A stretch of 64,000 nucleotides of DNA, taken from positions 163,620,001 through 163,684,000 of the forward strand of contig NC_058368.1 in NCBI RefSeq assembly GCF_018350175.1, read 5' to 3'. This document shows positions 25,483 through 37,099 of the stretch, piece after piece (positions within the stretch are counted from its first letter, which is position 1; every line of letters begins with the position of its first letter). Below the pieces are notes generated by a model, which worked only from the letters and a program-made list of their open reading frames with translations, was not told the DNA's origin and did not search any database. Source of the stretch: Felis catus (Eukaryota). The translations under genes were made by a program, and so were the position numbers.

Positions 25483-26604
25483 TTGTTTTAAGTGCTTAGC
25501 CTTATTCAGATTAAAAATTGAGAACCTACTATGTGCACATAGTGCTTTGACACTAAACCAAATTAGGTAGTAGGTGGCTTTTAAGGATAATAGTTAATGT
25601 TCAGAAAGCCTATGAGTTTCTCTGAAACTACAGATAGCATTCTCTTTTGTTTTGTGTACATATAACCAAAGGTTTCATGCAGTTGGGTTATCATGACATA
25701 TCATCGTTTGACAATTTGATAATAGTTATTTGCTATCACTGTTGTACTATTCAAGAAACTTTGAAATTACCGTTCTAAAAGGCGATGAAGAATCTTTGCA
25801 AGTAAGTAACTTCACTTAATGTTTGAAGAAATATGTGAATAAAAGGCCTCAGTATGATGAAGTCGTTCTATGTGTGAGGGTTTCCAGATAATTGCTCTAG
25901 ATTTGTTCAAACCCTTATGACACTGATAGTGCCAGAAATGAAAGGAGCAATGCAAACAGTATGGAAACTGAGAAACCTAAGTTGGTTCAGTAACACTCAC
26001 CTCTTCCTTTTTTTTTTTTAAAGTGTTCACCTGCTTTAGATATAAAAATAACTTCGCAATTGCAGACTTCCAAGTTTATCCCAATGTTCTCAGTGCTATG
26101 GGCTATATGTGGATGCACAGTGTGTGTTAACAGTACTTTTGTAACCATCTCAGGATTTTTTAAATGACTTGTTATTTCTGTGAAGTCACAAAAAACCGTG
26201 ACTGCTGAAATATGCAAGAATTAGAGCAAGGTGATAGAATCTGGAGCACCTTATAAAAGCCTGACCTTATGCTTTAATTTAACTCCCACACAATCTTTTT
26301 TTCTCAAAAGTTTAATTGAGCTGCACTTGGTTTTTGTTGATTAGGATAATTATGCCGGAATGACTTTAAAATCTCTTTGCATGCACTGTTTAGCTCGGGC
26401 ACTTCTTATAATCACTTGGAGAGGGACCAGGAGTGTCCTACCCAGAATTCCCAGGGTAGGGCGGTGGGAGAACAGAGCAAGGTGAGTTTAAGGAAGCAGC
26501 TACCTTTGTTCTGCAGCTTTTAGCTATTCAGCACTGCTGGGGTCGGTCATCGAATTGAAAGCGGCAGGACTGGGGGGAGCCAGGTCAATCTGAAACCAAG
26601 CAGC

Positions 26605-26810
26605 AGAATATGAGATGGAAAAAACATGGGCCTTAAAATTGGACAAAACCTGGATTTGAATTCTGGGCATGAACCCTGCCACGGAGGCTTTTAGCTGTAT
26701 GACCTTGAGCTACTGAATTCGAGAGTCAGTTTTTTAAATTTATTGTGGAGGATGTGAGCTAAGTTAACATGCCTTTGCTTAGCACAGTGTCTGGTGTAAT
26801 AGTTAACTCA
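26605..26810 (+). mobile_element. MIR fragment
   Basis: acctggatttgaattctgg...tagctgtatgaccttgagc...cttagcacagtgtctgg. Confidence 0.6.
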
Positions 26811-27365
26811 TTTTTTTTCCAGCTTATGATAAAGAAACTGACATCTACTCACCTTTGGCATATAATTAAGGATGTTTGCATCAGTCATTTTTATTGACTT
26901 TTCAGTTTTTAACCATTAAAATAATGTCATGGCATTTCATAGACCATGAAAACTCAGTTTAAACAATCTTGGGCATATTCTTCTGCTATGACGAGCGAGC
27001 TGTTCTCTCAAGGTATCTTTGATATTTGGTATCGTGCAAGAGAAGTGATATGGCCGATGTCAAATCTGAATTGATTTTCCCAAGAAGAGTGTCAAGCAAT
27101 TGTGCATTCGCAACAAGCTGAAATCTGAAATGATTTTCCTCTCTCATTTGTGCAACTCATTTTCATTGTGAAAGCAATTCATAAAAACAATGCATAATCA
27201 AACCTGCCTATCAAGATAAAACATTCTCTAGCCCACTGATTTAAATTTAAGAACAAACAGCAAACAAAAAAAAACCTAGCCCTTTCATGACTAAACTACA
27301 AAGCATCTTTTAAATAGATGGTAAAATTAATAGAATTACCTAATTTATAATAAACTTTTTTAATT

Positions 27366-27590
27366 AAAAAAATTTTTTAATAATGTTTTTTATTTATTTT
27401 TGAGAGAGACAGAGACAGAGAGTGAGTTGGGGGGAGGGGGACAGAGAAAGAGGGAGACACAGAATCCAAAGCAGGCTCCAGGCTCTGAGCTGTCAGCAGA
27501 GAGCCCGATGTGGGGCTTGAACCCATGAAACATGAGATCATGACCTGAGCCGAAGTCATCGCTCAACTGACTGAGACACCCAGGCGCCCC
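27366..27590 (-). mobile_element. CanSINE abutting the tail of the next SINE
   Basis: Full body ending caggcgcccc. Confidence 0.92.
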
Positions 27591-27594
27591 TAAT

Positions 27595-27835
27595 TTTTTT
27601 TTAATGTTTATTTATTTTTGAGAGAGAGAAGAGAGTATGGGTGTGTGTGTCTGTGTGTGTGTGCACGCACGTACGCACACAAAGTGGGGGAGAGTCAGAG
27701 AGAAAAGGAGACAGAGGATCCCAAGTAAGCTCTGCACTGACACAGGGCTTTGAGTTCACAAACCGAACTGTGAAATCATGACCTGAGCTGAAATCAAGAG
27801 TCAGAAGCATAACCAACTGAGCCACTCAGGTGCCC
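27595..27835 (-). mobile_element. CanSINE (older, with internal GT repeat)
   Basis: Body ending ctcaggtgccc. Confidence 0.88.
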
Positions 27836-27863
27836 ATAGATAAGCATTTAAAAAGCATTCCTA

Positions 27864-28080
27864 GGGGCGCCTGGGTGGCTCGGTCGGTTAAGCGTCGGAC
27901 TTCAGCTCAGGTCATGATCTCACGGTCCGTGGGTTCGAGTCCCAAGTCGGGCTCTGTGCTGACAGCTCAGAGCCTGGAGCCTGTTTCAGATTCTGTGTCT
28001 CCCTCTCTCTGTGACCCTCCCCCATTCATGCTCTGTCTCTCTCTGTCTCAAAAATAAATAAACGTTAAAAAAAAAAATTT
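27864..28080 (+). mobile_element. CanSINE (fairly young)
   Basis: Perfect TSD aaaaagcattccta. Confidence 0.95.
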
Positions 28081-28111
28081 AAAAAGCATTCCTAAACTAC
28101 TTCCAAGCCTA

Positions 28112-28298
28112 GGGGTGCCTGGGTGGCTTAGTGTGTTGAGCATTCGACTTTAGATCTTACGGTTTGTGAGTTTGAGCCCCACATTCAGGCTCTGTGCTGA
28201 TAGCTCAGAACCTGGAGCCTGCTTCGGATTCTGTGTCTCTGCCCCTCCCCCACTCATGCTCTGTCTCTCAAAAACAAAAACATTAAAAAGAAAGTTTT
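28112..28298 (+). mobile_element. CanSINE with internal deletions
   Basis: TSD aaactacttccaagcct/aaactgcttcctaggct. Confidence 0.9.
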
Positions 28299-31239
28299 AA
28301 ACTGCTTCCTAGGCTAGACCTATATATTAGTTACAACAGGCTAGATTTAAATATTTTCCTAATATTTCCTGCTATGTGGTAATAATTGTGTATCCTCTTG
28401 GAATCAGGTATTATAGTGTAGCTAAACAAATAAAATCGAAGATTAATTTAGAGATTAAGTGTTGAGGTGGAAATGTTAGCCTCACCTTGGTTTCAGACAA
28501 CATCGCCTCTTAAATAAGATATAATAAACCTTGAGTCCTGAGTCTTTTTTTTTTTTGGTTATTAAATTTGCTTCATATTTGGCATAATCCTAGAGTAAGA
28601 CCTTTCAACTTTCCCTTCTTCTGAAGTCATTAAATGATAGCTATGTAGGGTCCCAAAGATGGTTCTGTCTCATAATTATATCAGTTTATGAACTCCATTT
28701 AAGAAATAAAAGAACAATTGCACATCTAATCCAGGAGATCATCTACTGACCATATTGAAGTAGAGGGTCTGTTTTCTGTGTGATTCCCTAACCCACTTAT
28801 TAATACTTGATGACTCAGCAGTTTTCAGCGTCTGTGCCCTGAAATTGCTTATTTTGAGAGCAGCAGGTTTCTCTAAGGAGTATTTACTTGGGCCTTTTTT
28901 TTTTTTTTTCTTTTTCCCTTGGTGGTACTAGTCAGAAACTTTCTAGACCAAACCAGAGCTATTCTGATAAATATAACCTCATTTACACATAAAAAAAAAA
29001 TGTCCTGTTCGGTCTCGTCTGTCACAAGGGAAATATTTTTTTCCTTTAACATACAAATGAGAGAGCTAGGTTAAATATAGCAGATAATCTTAATGCAGTG
29101 AACATGCTGAGGACCCATAAGTATGGCTATTTTCCAATTTGAGTTCCCTAAATGAGGGCAGTTAAGCACAGGAGCCTGTGGTCAGCTGGAATGAATGAGC
29201 AAAACGAGCCGTGACCTTTTGCATCAGGGGAAACACATCGTTCTGTTTCTGGCTTTTCACAGCTTATGTGTTTGCGTTTTTAATGTATGACTGAACCTGA
29301 AAGTTCATCTCTAATCTTGATCCACAGGGAAATGGCAGAAATCCTAACCAGCCAAATGATACAAATTTAAATTTCCTGTGGAAGAAAGGTCAGTAATGTT
29401 CTGCTCGCTGGGGACAGTCTTAACTCAGCAAGCAATCCTTCTGATTAAAATTCCTGTTGAGAGCTAGTGGTTTGTCTGATTGAAAAACTAAATAAGTTCT
29501 TAATCACTTAGGTAAGATGACATCACTGGGACATCAGAAACTGTCCAAGAGATGAAAAACCCCTCTTGGGTATCAACTTCATTTTAAAATTGAAAAACAA
29601 AAACAGGGCTGCATTTAACAGCAACTATTTATAGTTCTGTGATGTAAGACCTCCAGCTTCCTATAATCCCCATTGTTCTCTAAAAATAAAGACCCATTTA
29701 ACCGAGGAGGACTGGCGAGTGATCTTGTGATGGATTTGAGTTATTGTTCAATGTGCCAGTCCAGGCAGGGGACCACAACAGCGAGTCAACACTGCTGGGA
29801 GCCTCTGGCTTGATTGGGTGCCCGCTGCCTTTGCTCACTGTACTTACCTGTTTGCACACTGGTACTGTTGAGAAAATAGCACTCTTGTGGTTGGCTTCTG
29901 CTTTTCTCGTGGAAAACCTAGCCCTTTTATGAGATGAGCACACAGCTGGCATATTTAGTTGGTGGCAAGTGACTGACCTAATGAATTAGGTCAGCATGGC
30001 GAAGATTTAGTTTCTTTGCCCCAACCTTAAAGTTCTTGTTTTTTTTTTAACCGTGGAGCTTTGTATCTGTATCACCTACATCTAACTAGGACCTTCCCAT
30101 GAAGTCTCAAGATAGCCTTTATCCTGAATTTAAAATAACCTCAGATGCACCATTTTACCAAGAGGCCAACAAAATGATGTTACACCCTTGTTAATGTTTC
30201 TAATATTAGATTTTACTTGACAGTCCCTACTTACAGTTTGCTTCTTTTCTTTCTCAGTTTTTATGTGCCTGCTGTTTTTCTTTCTTGCAAGCCAGAAGAA
30301 AGTAATAAAAAATAAAAGTTAAGAAAAGACGTACATGCAGATTAAGTGCATTTCCAGTCTCCCTTTGAAATCACATAAAGCGGTTCTGTGTCTCCTCGCT
30401 CTGTGGTGTAAGCAGGGAGTGCCTGAGGAGAGCCAGGGACTATGTCTGCTTTCAGAAAGGCCCTGGGAGTCCTTGTTTGAGGCTTCTCATCTTGTCAGTG
30501 TTGAAGGGCTGAAGGAGAATTCGGGGATTTCTCACAATCGGTAAACCCTGACATTTTGTCTTTAATCTCTTTTTCAATGTGAATTCTGTCAGATGATCTG
30601 AGAAGACACCCAATTACAGTCTGAGTTGCTACCCAGTGCCTAAAACTGCTCAAGAAAAGGGTTTTCTTTTCAGGAATATGATAGCATATGTGTTTCTGAG
30701 CTTTTAGCTTTTCATATGAAATTATAATAAATTGTGCATGAAGGTGAAACACTGAGGATGATGCCACCTTATTAAATTGAATTTAGTGGATGGTTAATTC
30801 TGATGATGCTAAAATATTGCTCATTCCAAAGTAGGCACATTGATGCCAGGAAAGACCTTGGTATGTTTGGCATGGAACAGTGACACTTAGCTATTAGGCT
30901 GGAGTGAAACATGAATGGAGCTGACAGGGTGAGTGGTCTCACTTCTAATGCCTTTGGGTAGTTCTCTGTGTGCCTAATTATAATTGAGAGCTTTTTAGAT
31001 TTACTACATAGTAAATATATGTTACAGACTCAAATAGATTTAGAAGGCTTAGTGGTCAGATAAGTAGGTTGGGGATGTATTTTTAAATATCTAGGTTCTG
31101 ATATCGGAATCAGACATATCTTGTGTGTGAAAGTGAATGTAAAAATCAAAGAAACTGACATTTGACTAATGCTTAGTAGGTTTCCAAAAACAAAATAATT
31201 TCAAACATCTATCTATTTTTAAAATGGACATGTATTGTA

Positions 31240-31487
31240 GGGACGCCTGGGTGGCTCAGTCTCTTGAGCATCTGACTTGGGCTCAGGTCATGATCTTGAT
31301 TAAGCATCCACCTTTGGCTCAGGTGATGATCTCTCAGTCCGTGGGTTTGAGCCCTGCACTGGGCTCTGTGCTGACAACCTGGGGCCTGGAATCTGCTTCG
31401 GATTCTGTGTCTCCTTCTCTCTTTGCCCCTACCCTACCTGTGCTCTGTCTCTGTCTCAAAAATAAATAAACGTTAAAAATAATTTTT
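31240..31487 (+). mobile_element. CanSINE with a duplicated segment in the tRNA-derived head
   Basis: TSD aaaatggaca..tattgtagg; 33-nt internal repeat. Confidence 0.92.
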
Positions 31488-32389
31488 AAAAATGGACACC
31501 TATTGTAGGAAACAATGGACAAATGGAGACAAGTTCAGAGTGAAAGCTTGATAAAAGTTTCTTTGTGGACAAATAAAATGATAATAAAAATGGAAAAAAA
31601 TAAAACCCTTTACACATTTTTGTCAAGCCCAAATAATTTCACCCTAGTAAGTGCTGATAAGGCTAGTGAACCTCAAGAAGATGAAAAGGACTTTTCCTCA
31701 TTCTTCATTATCGAATTAGCTACAGATGGTTGTGTCTTGAGTGATAATCTGAATTTTAACCCCAATTCCATAGTATCCACTTTTAAGGCCCTGATATTGT
31801 GAAATTATTTTACTTCGATACCGAATGGGTTTTCATCAGTGAGTCTTCACGTTTTAGAGAGAGAGAAAAAAGTCAAAACTGCTTTATCTGCTTGGTGGCC
31901 ATAAGTGCTTTGCATCGTGATTTGCTTTGCTGACACCCTGGAGGGCTGTGTGTGGGTGACAGACCATGTCATACAGTCTCCGCCTCAAAGGCCACTCAGG
32001 CAGCATAGGGGGCACACAAGGACATCAGGAATCTGCAAGAGTGGATTATTTTCAAGAAGGCTCCAGATGGGATTGACTTATTTAGGTTTCATTTGGAAAT
32101 ACATCCAGTTTTGAATTATCAGATATCAATATAAATAACAATAATAATCAGACCTGCTCTTTAGTGATTTGTAAAATATATCCTCTCTATCATGCTTTGT
32201 GACTTTCTACAATTTCTTCTGAGTCTATGAAACCACATCTCTCATACCCAACAATATTCACTGAATATATTTAACCAAATTCACTACACATAAAAGGGTA
32301 CTAAAGTTTGAAATGTTTCAAAGCAAGTTTAAAAATCTTTACCTGGGACACTACTTGAAAAAAGCATTGACTCTTTGTAGTAAGGGATC

Positions 32390-32656
32390 CCTTTTCCCCT
32401 ACACCCTATCTAAAGTTGCAAAACCACGTCTGTCTCAATACACTTTTTTTTTTTTGCTTTATTTTTTTCTCTTAGCTTTTATGACTAAGATACTAAATAT
32501 CTTTCTTATCCTGTTTATTTTTGGTTTCCTTCCATCGGAGTGTAAACTCCACGAAGGCAGAGATTTTGTCCGTTTTGCTCACTATTGTTTGTCCATGCCT
32601 AGAACAGTGCCTGACACAGAGTTGGCACCAAATAAATATTTGTTGACTCAATAAAT
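32390..32656 (+). mobile_element. L2 3' end
   Basis: tgtaaactccacgaaggcagaga...cctagaacagtgcctgacacag...aaatatttgttga. Confidence 0.8.
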
Positions 32657-32907
32657 AAGTTTTAAGAGACATAGCCTTCGTTCATTCATCAGACAGTTAT
32701 TAAGCAGGCACTGTGTGCCTATGCTTCGTTTAAGTACCTATCTCGGTTTGTGAGTATATTCATTTAGTTAACACTTTATTAAATGTGCAATTCTTAGCGC
32801 CCCCATGTCTAAGGAGTCTGTGATTTTCAGTATTTGTGTTCAACAGGGCCTTACTGATCTGGAGGAATTAACATGTGCATTAAAAAGATTTCTATAGGTA
32901 CAGTTTA

Positions 32908-33029
32908 TTTATTTTTTTATTATGAAATTTATTGTCAACTTGGTTTCCATACAACACCCAGTGCTCATCCCAACAGGTGCCCTCCTCAATACCCATCACC
33001 CCCCCACCCCCCCATAAACCCTCAGTTTG
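32908..33029 (-). mobile_element. Strongly 5'-truncated carnivore L1 (about 120 bp)
   Basis: Same 3' end as the L1 at 51260; TSD tctataggta(c/t)agttta. Confidence 0.9.
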
Positions 33030-33194
33030 TCTATAGGTATAGTTTAAATACTAAGATTATCTGTTTGAATCATAATCTAAGTGAATCATGTACTTTTAGA
33101 GAATGGGAAGAACCAAAGAAAAGAGAAATTTTCAAATCCTACAATTCTTAATATATGTGGCCAAATAAGATCATGATTTCTGTCACTTGAACAG

Positions 33195-33392
33195 CTGTGA
33201 GAGGGTGTTGAGGCACCGAGAACATGTGCCTGGGGTTGAAATCTGGCTCCACCACTTCTGCGTTACACAGGGCACAACCCTTAGCCTTTTTGTATCTCAA
33301 TGATCAAATCTGAAAAGTTGAGTTAGATGAGGATATAGTGAAAGAAGACATGTAAAGTGCTCAGGACAGTGCACATAGTACGTGCTTATTAG
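33195..33392 (+). mobile_element. MIR
   Basis: tgcctggggttgaaatctggctccaccactt...atgtaaagtgctcaggacagtgc. Confidence 0.65.
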
Positions 33393-35261
33393 GGTCAGTG
33401 TTGGTGTGGCTCTGTCTACCTCAAAACAGTTTCTATACTTAGCCTGTTTGTGCTTTTTTTTTTTTTGTATTTGGAAATAATGTCTATAATATTTTTCTCA
33501 CATGGGAAGCAAGTGGCAAACTGAATAGAAATATATTCAATGCGTTAGCATTCTTTTTCAGATGTTCTATATTTTCTTGTGTGTGTGTGTGTGTGTGTGT
33601 ATGTTAATTAAGTACTGTGTCATCCACATGCTAATATTTTTGCTTTATTGGAGAAGGAGAAACAATGACTATTGACTGTTGTCTAATTATCTTAGTCCAA
33701 AGTTGCTTTCCCTCTCTAGGGGAGGCAGGGATTCTCAATCTTATCCCAGAAATGAAAGCGAAAGGGGGAAGCATGTGAATTCAAGAGGAGTTTAGAGGGG
33801 ACAGTTTTCAAGTGCATTATACCCTGGGCACTTGTGTCTGGCCTGGTGCTACTGGGGGGACAGACGGTACGGCAAGCAGCCAGAGAACACTCAGAGTTGC
33901 GTTGGAATCTCGATCCTACTGCTTGCTGGTAATGGGATTTTGATCAGTCCCCTGACTTCTCAGAGAAGCCGAAAGAGTGCAGACCAAGTGCAGTGTAGAC
34001 AGAGAACCTTAGTTTGAATCACATCGCTAACTAATTAGCTGTGGATTTGCGGCCATATTGTGGAATGTGCCTTGAAGTCTTACTCTTCCTATCTATATGT
34101 TGGCCACAGAAGAATCCCTGTCACAGGGCTGGTAATGGAAGACATAAGTTAAATCACTTCCCACTTTGCCGGGTTCATGAAAAATGCCAGTACGTTGTTG
34201 TTGCTATGATGATGGGTAACATCAGCGTCTACCTTAAAGATCTAGAGACTAAATGGGATATATAAAGTACCAAGCACATAGTATATGCTTTCAAAATGTT
34301 CTTATCTACTTCCTTTGTGGCTTTCCCGGGAATGGGTGCAACTCTCATGCTTCTCTACAGGGCATCTGTACCTTCTGCTCCTCCTCCTTTCCAGCCGCAT
34401 CTCCTCATCAGACTCCGGGAGTGATGCTCACAGCCCATCTGCCCACATCTCTCGCTTTGTGCTCGTGAAATGCAAGATTAGAGGAGGATGGCAAAACGGG
34501 CCACTTAAGGAATGCCACACATTTCATCTCTTTGAGCTCTTGCACTGAAAACAGACCCACCTACACCTCTCTTTTCTTCCCAATGATGATTATATCTACT
34601 CAGTACTTAAAATCACAGAATTCTGATGCTAAATAGTGTTTCGTCCAGAGGCAGAAAATGGAGGGCCTGTGGGCCAGTGCAGCCTGGAGACATTTTCTTT
34701 CACTGCCCGCAGGAGGCTTAGGTGGTGTTTAAACAATTTTGAATCACTTGATAATATTTTTAAAAGTCAGCCATTTCAAATTAAAACATGCACACAGATT
34801 CACACGTCTCTGGCTCTTCTGGCACAAGGGGGACATTTGGGCCATCCTCAGCCCAGATTCCTGAAAGCAACCGTGGCCTGCAGTGGGGCAGCAGCGTCCC
34901 CTGTGTGGACCCAGTCCCCCACGACCGTCTTCCTTTATTCATGCCTGCATGGCTGCTGTCCATGCAAAAATCCAGTTCCTTCCATTTACAGATATAGCAC
35001 CTGAAACCTACTGGGGCTTAGCGCTGCTTACAGATCACAAGGTGAATTAGTAAAATGAGTGAAAATGAGAATTCTAGTTTTTAGATTCTTTGACCCCTGC
35101 TCTTTTAATCTTCTTAGCTGATATTCATGGAAGATCATTATTCAGCTGAGGACAGATTATTTATTTATTTATTTTTAGGACTAATTTTCAAAACATCTTT
35201 GCTCATTATCTTTCCTGGTTAGAACATGAACAAGTCAAAATAAATCCACAGGTTCCATCTT

Positions 35262-35461
35262 TTTTTTTTTTAATTTTAATTTTATTTTAGAGAGAGTGAG
35301 CACGAGCAGGGGGAGGGGCAGAGGGAGAGAGAGAGAATCTCAAGTGGGCTCCACGTTCCGCATGGAGCTCAATGCAGGGCTTGATCCCACGACCCTGGGA
35401 TCATGACCTGAGCTGAAATCAAGAGTCAGACACCCTGTCAACTGAGCCACCAAGACACCAC
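35262..35461 (-). mobile_element. CanSINE (older type)
   Basis: TSD acaggttccatctt. Confidence 0.92.
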
Positions 35462-35989
35462 AACAGGTTCCATCTTGCTCTTCAGTCTTATTTCTTTCCT
35501 TCATTCTGTTTTGCAGCTTCTAGCCACCCCCCTGTACCCGTTCCCAAGTTGGAAGGCAGTGGCACTGCTTGCAGACGATGTTCAGAATATGAGGTGACTT
35601 CTTTTGATATAATGAATCCAGAAATGGCAAACTCAGATGCCTGTCCATCAGAGTCAGGCAGTTAACTTGTGTGTGTGTGACAGGCTGGGGACACCTGAAG
35701 AAAGAGCACAGCCATCCCTCAGGTGTCAGTTGCTATGAGGAAATCCCGGTGCTATCGCATCTTTTTTAATGCTTTTATTTTTAAGGAGAAGCCCATGTCA
35801 GGATTTTACATGAAATCTCTGGCTTTAAATTTGGCAATTAATGCACGTCTGTAATTGAAACTGTTCTGTCTAGAAAGAACAAAGGCTCAAGTTTGTGAGC
35901 CCGCCAAGGAGAAGTCAGGGTACAAAATTGGGGAACAAAAATAACCCCTGCTACCAGAGGGGCAAAGAGACATGTACAGAAAGAACATA

Positions 35990-36175
35990 AGCGGTGGTGG
36001 TTTTAGACAGACTTGGGTTTGAATCTCAGGTCTATCACTAGTCCTCTGTGATCCTGTTCAAATTACTTTATCTCTGAGCTTCAAAACCTCATCTGAAAAA
36101 CGTGAAGACCAAAGGAAGAATGTGGATACAGTGCCTAGCACAAAACAGGTACAGACTTGATCTCAGCTCCTTTCT
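35990..36175 (+). mobile_element. MIR
   Basis: cagacttgggtttgaatctc...tctctgagcttca..cctcatctgaaaaa. Confidence 0.65.
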
Positions 36176-37063
36176 TCCTTTGTGTTATCATCATGGTTTT
36201 TGCAGGATGGTGCATTTGAATGTAAAACTGTATGAGTTCTTTGTTCCTCCCCCCACCCCACTCCCATCTCAGAATACCATGAAATTGGTGGGTTGAAAAC
36301 TGCTCCTACTATTTTGGCTCCCTCATGCTTGCTCTCTCAGACATAGGATTGTAGGATCCAAAGGAGATCGATCGTTAGGAGGAGATAGGCTATTAAATGC
36401 TGCCTGGTGCATTTAAAAAACATTGAAAACAAGCTGTTATTTATGTCATTAAAACCAGAATCAGCAATTGAAATACATTCAAATATGATATTATAAGGTA
36501 ACAATTCACTGAGAGGAAATGTGCTATGTTCCCAAGCAGCATTTCATTTAAAACAACACATACATATCAGAACAATCCAGAAATGCCGGAAAATTCAGAT
36601 GTTCCACTTTATTTTTAGACATTATTTCAGTTCTCATGGCAAAAAGACATATTTTATAGTTTTCTGGGTTTTTTTTTCCTGGAAAAATCAAGGTATCCTC
36701 TACTGGATTTGGATGAACTTTGAGAGAATTCTAAGTGCCTTTTTGAATAATGAAAGCTTTTTCGACAGAGGGATGACCAAAGAAATGCCCAACTTCTCCC
36801 TTAATATCACCACTGGCAGCTGGGAGTGGGAAATGAGGTTAAGTAACTACAGACGGAATTATGGGATTTAGAGCATCTATCTATTGATTCTGTTATTATC
36901 CAATTAGAAATTCTTTGATTTGGAACAATTATTCAGTTAAGGATGGAAACAAGAAGAGCCACAAAGAAAGGAAGGGAGTCAGGGTTACCAAACCAACTAT
37001 ATCCCCTGCTGAGTTGATGCCAGAGGCAGGGAATCCCCTCCCTACCTACTTCCCTGTTCACAC

Positions 37064-37099
<36 letters not shown>

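Noticed and set aside
34636..35004. 122-aa ORF
   Set aside because: Non-ATG start and no homology; overlaps what looks like an old hAT-type relic that I could not name confidently
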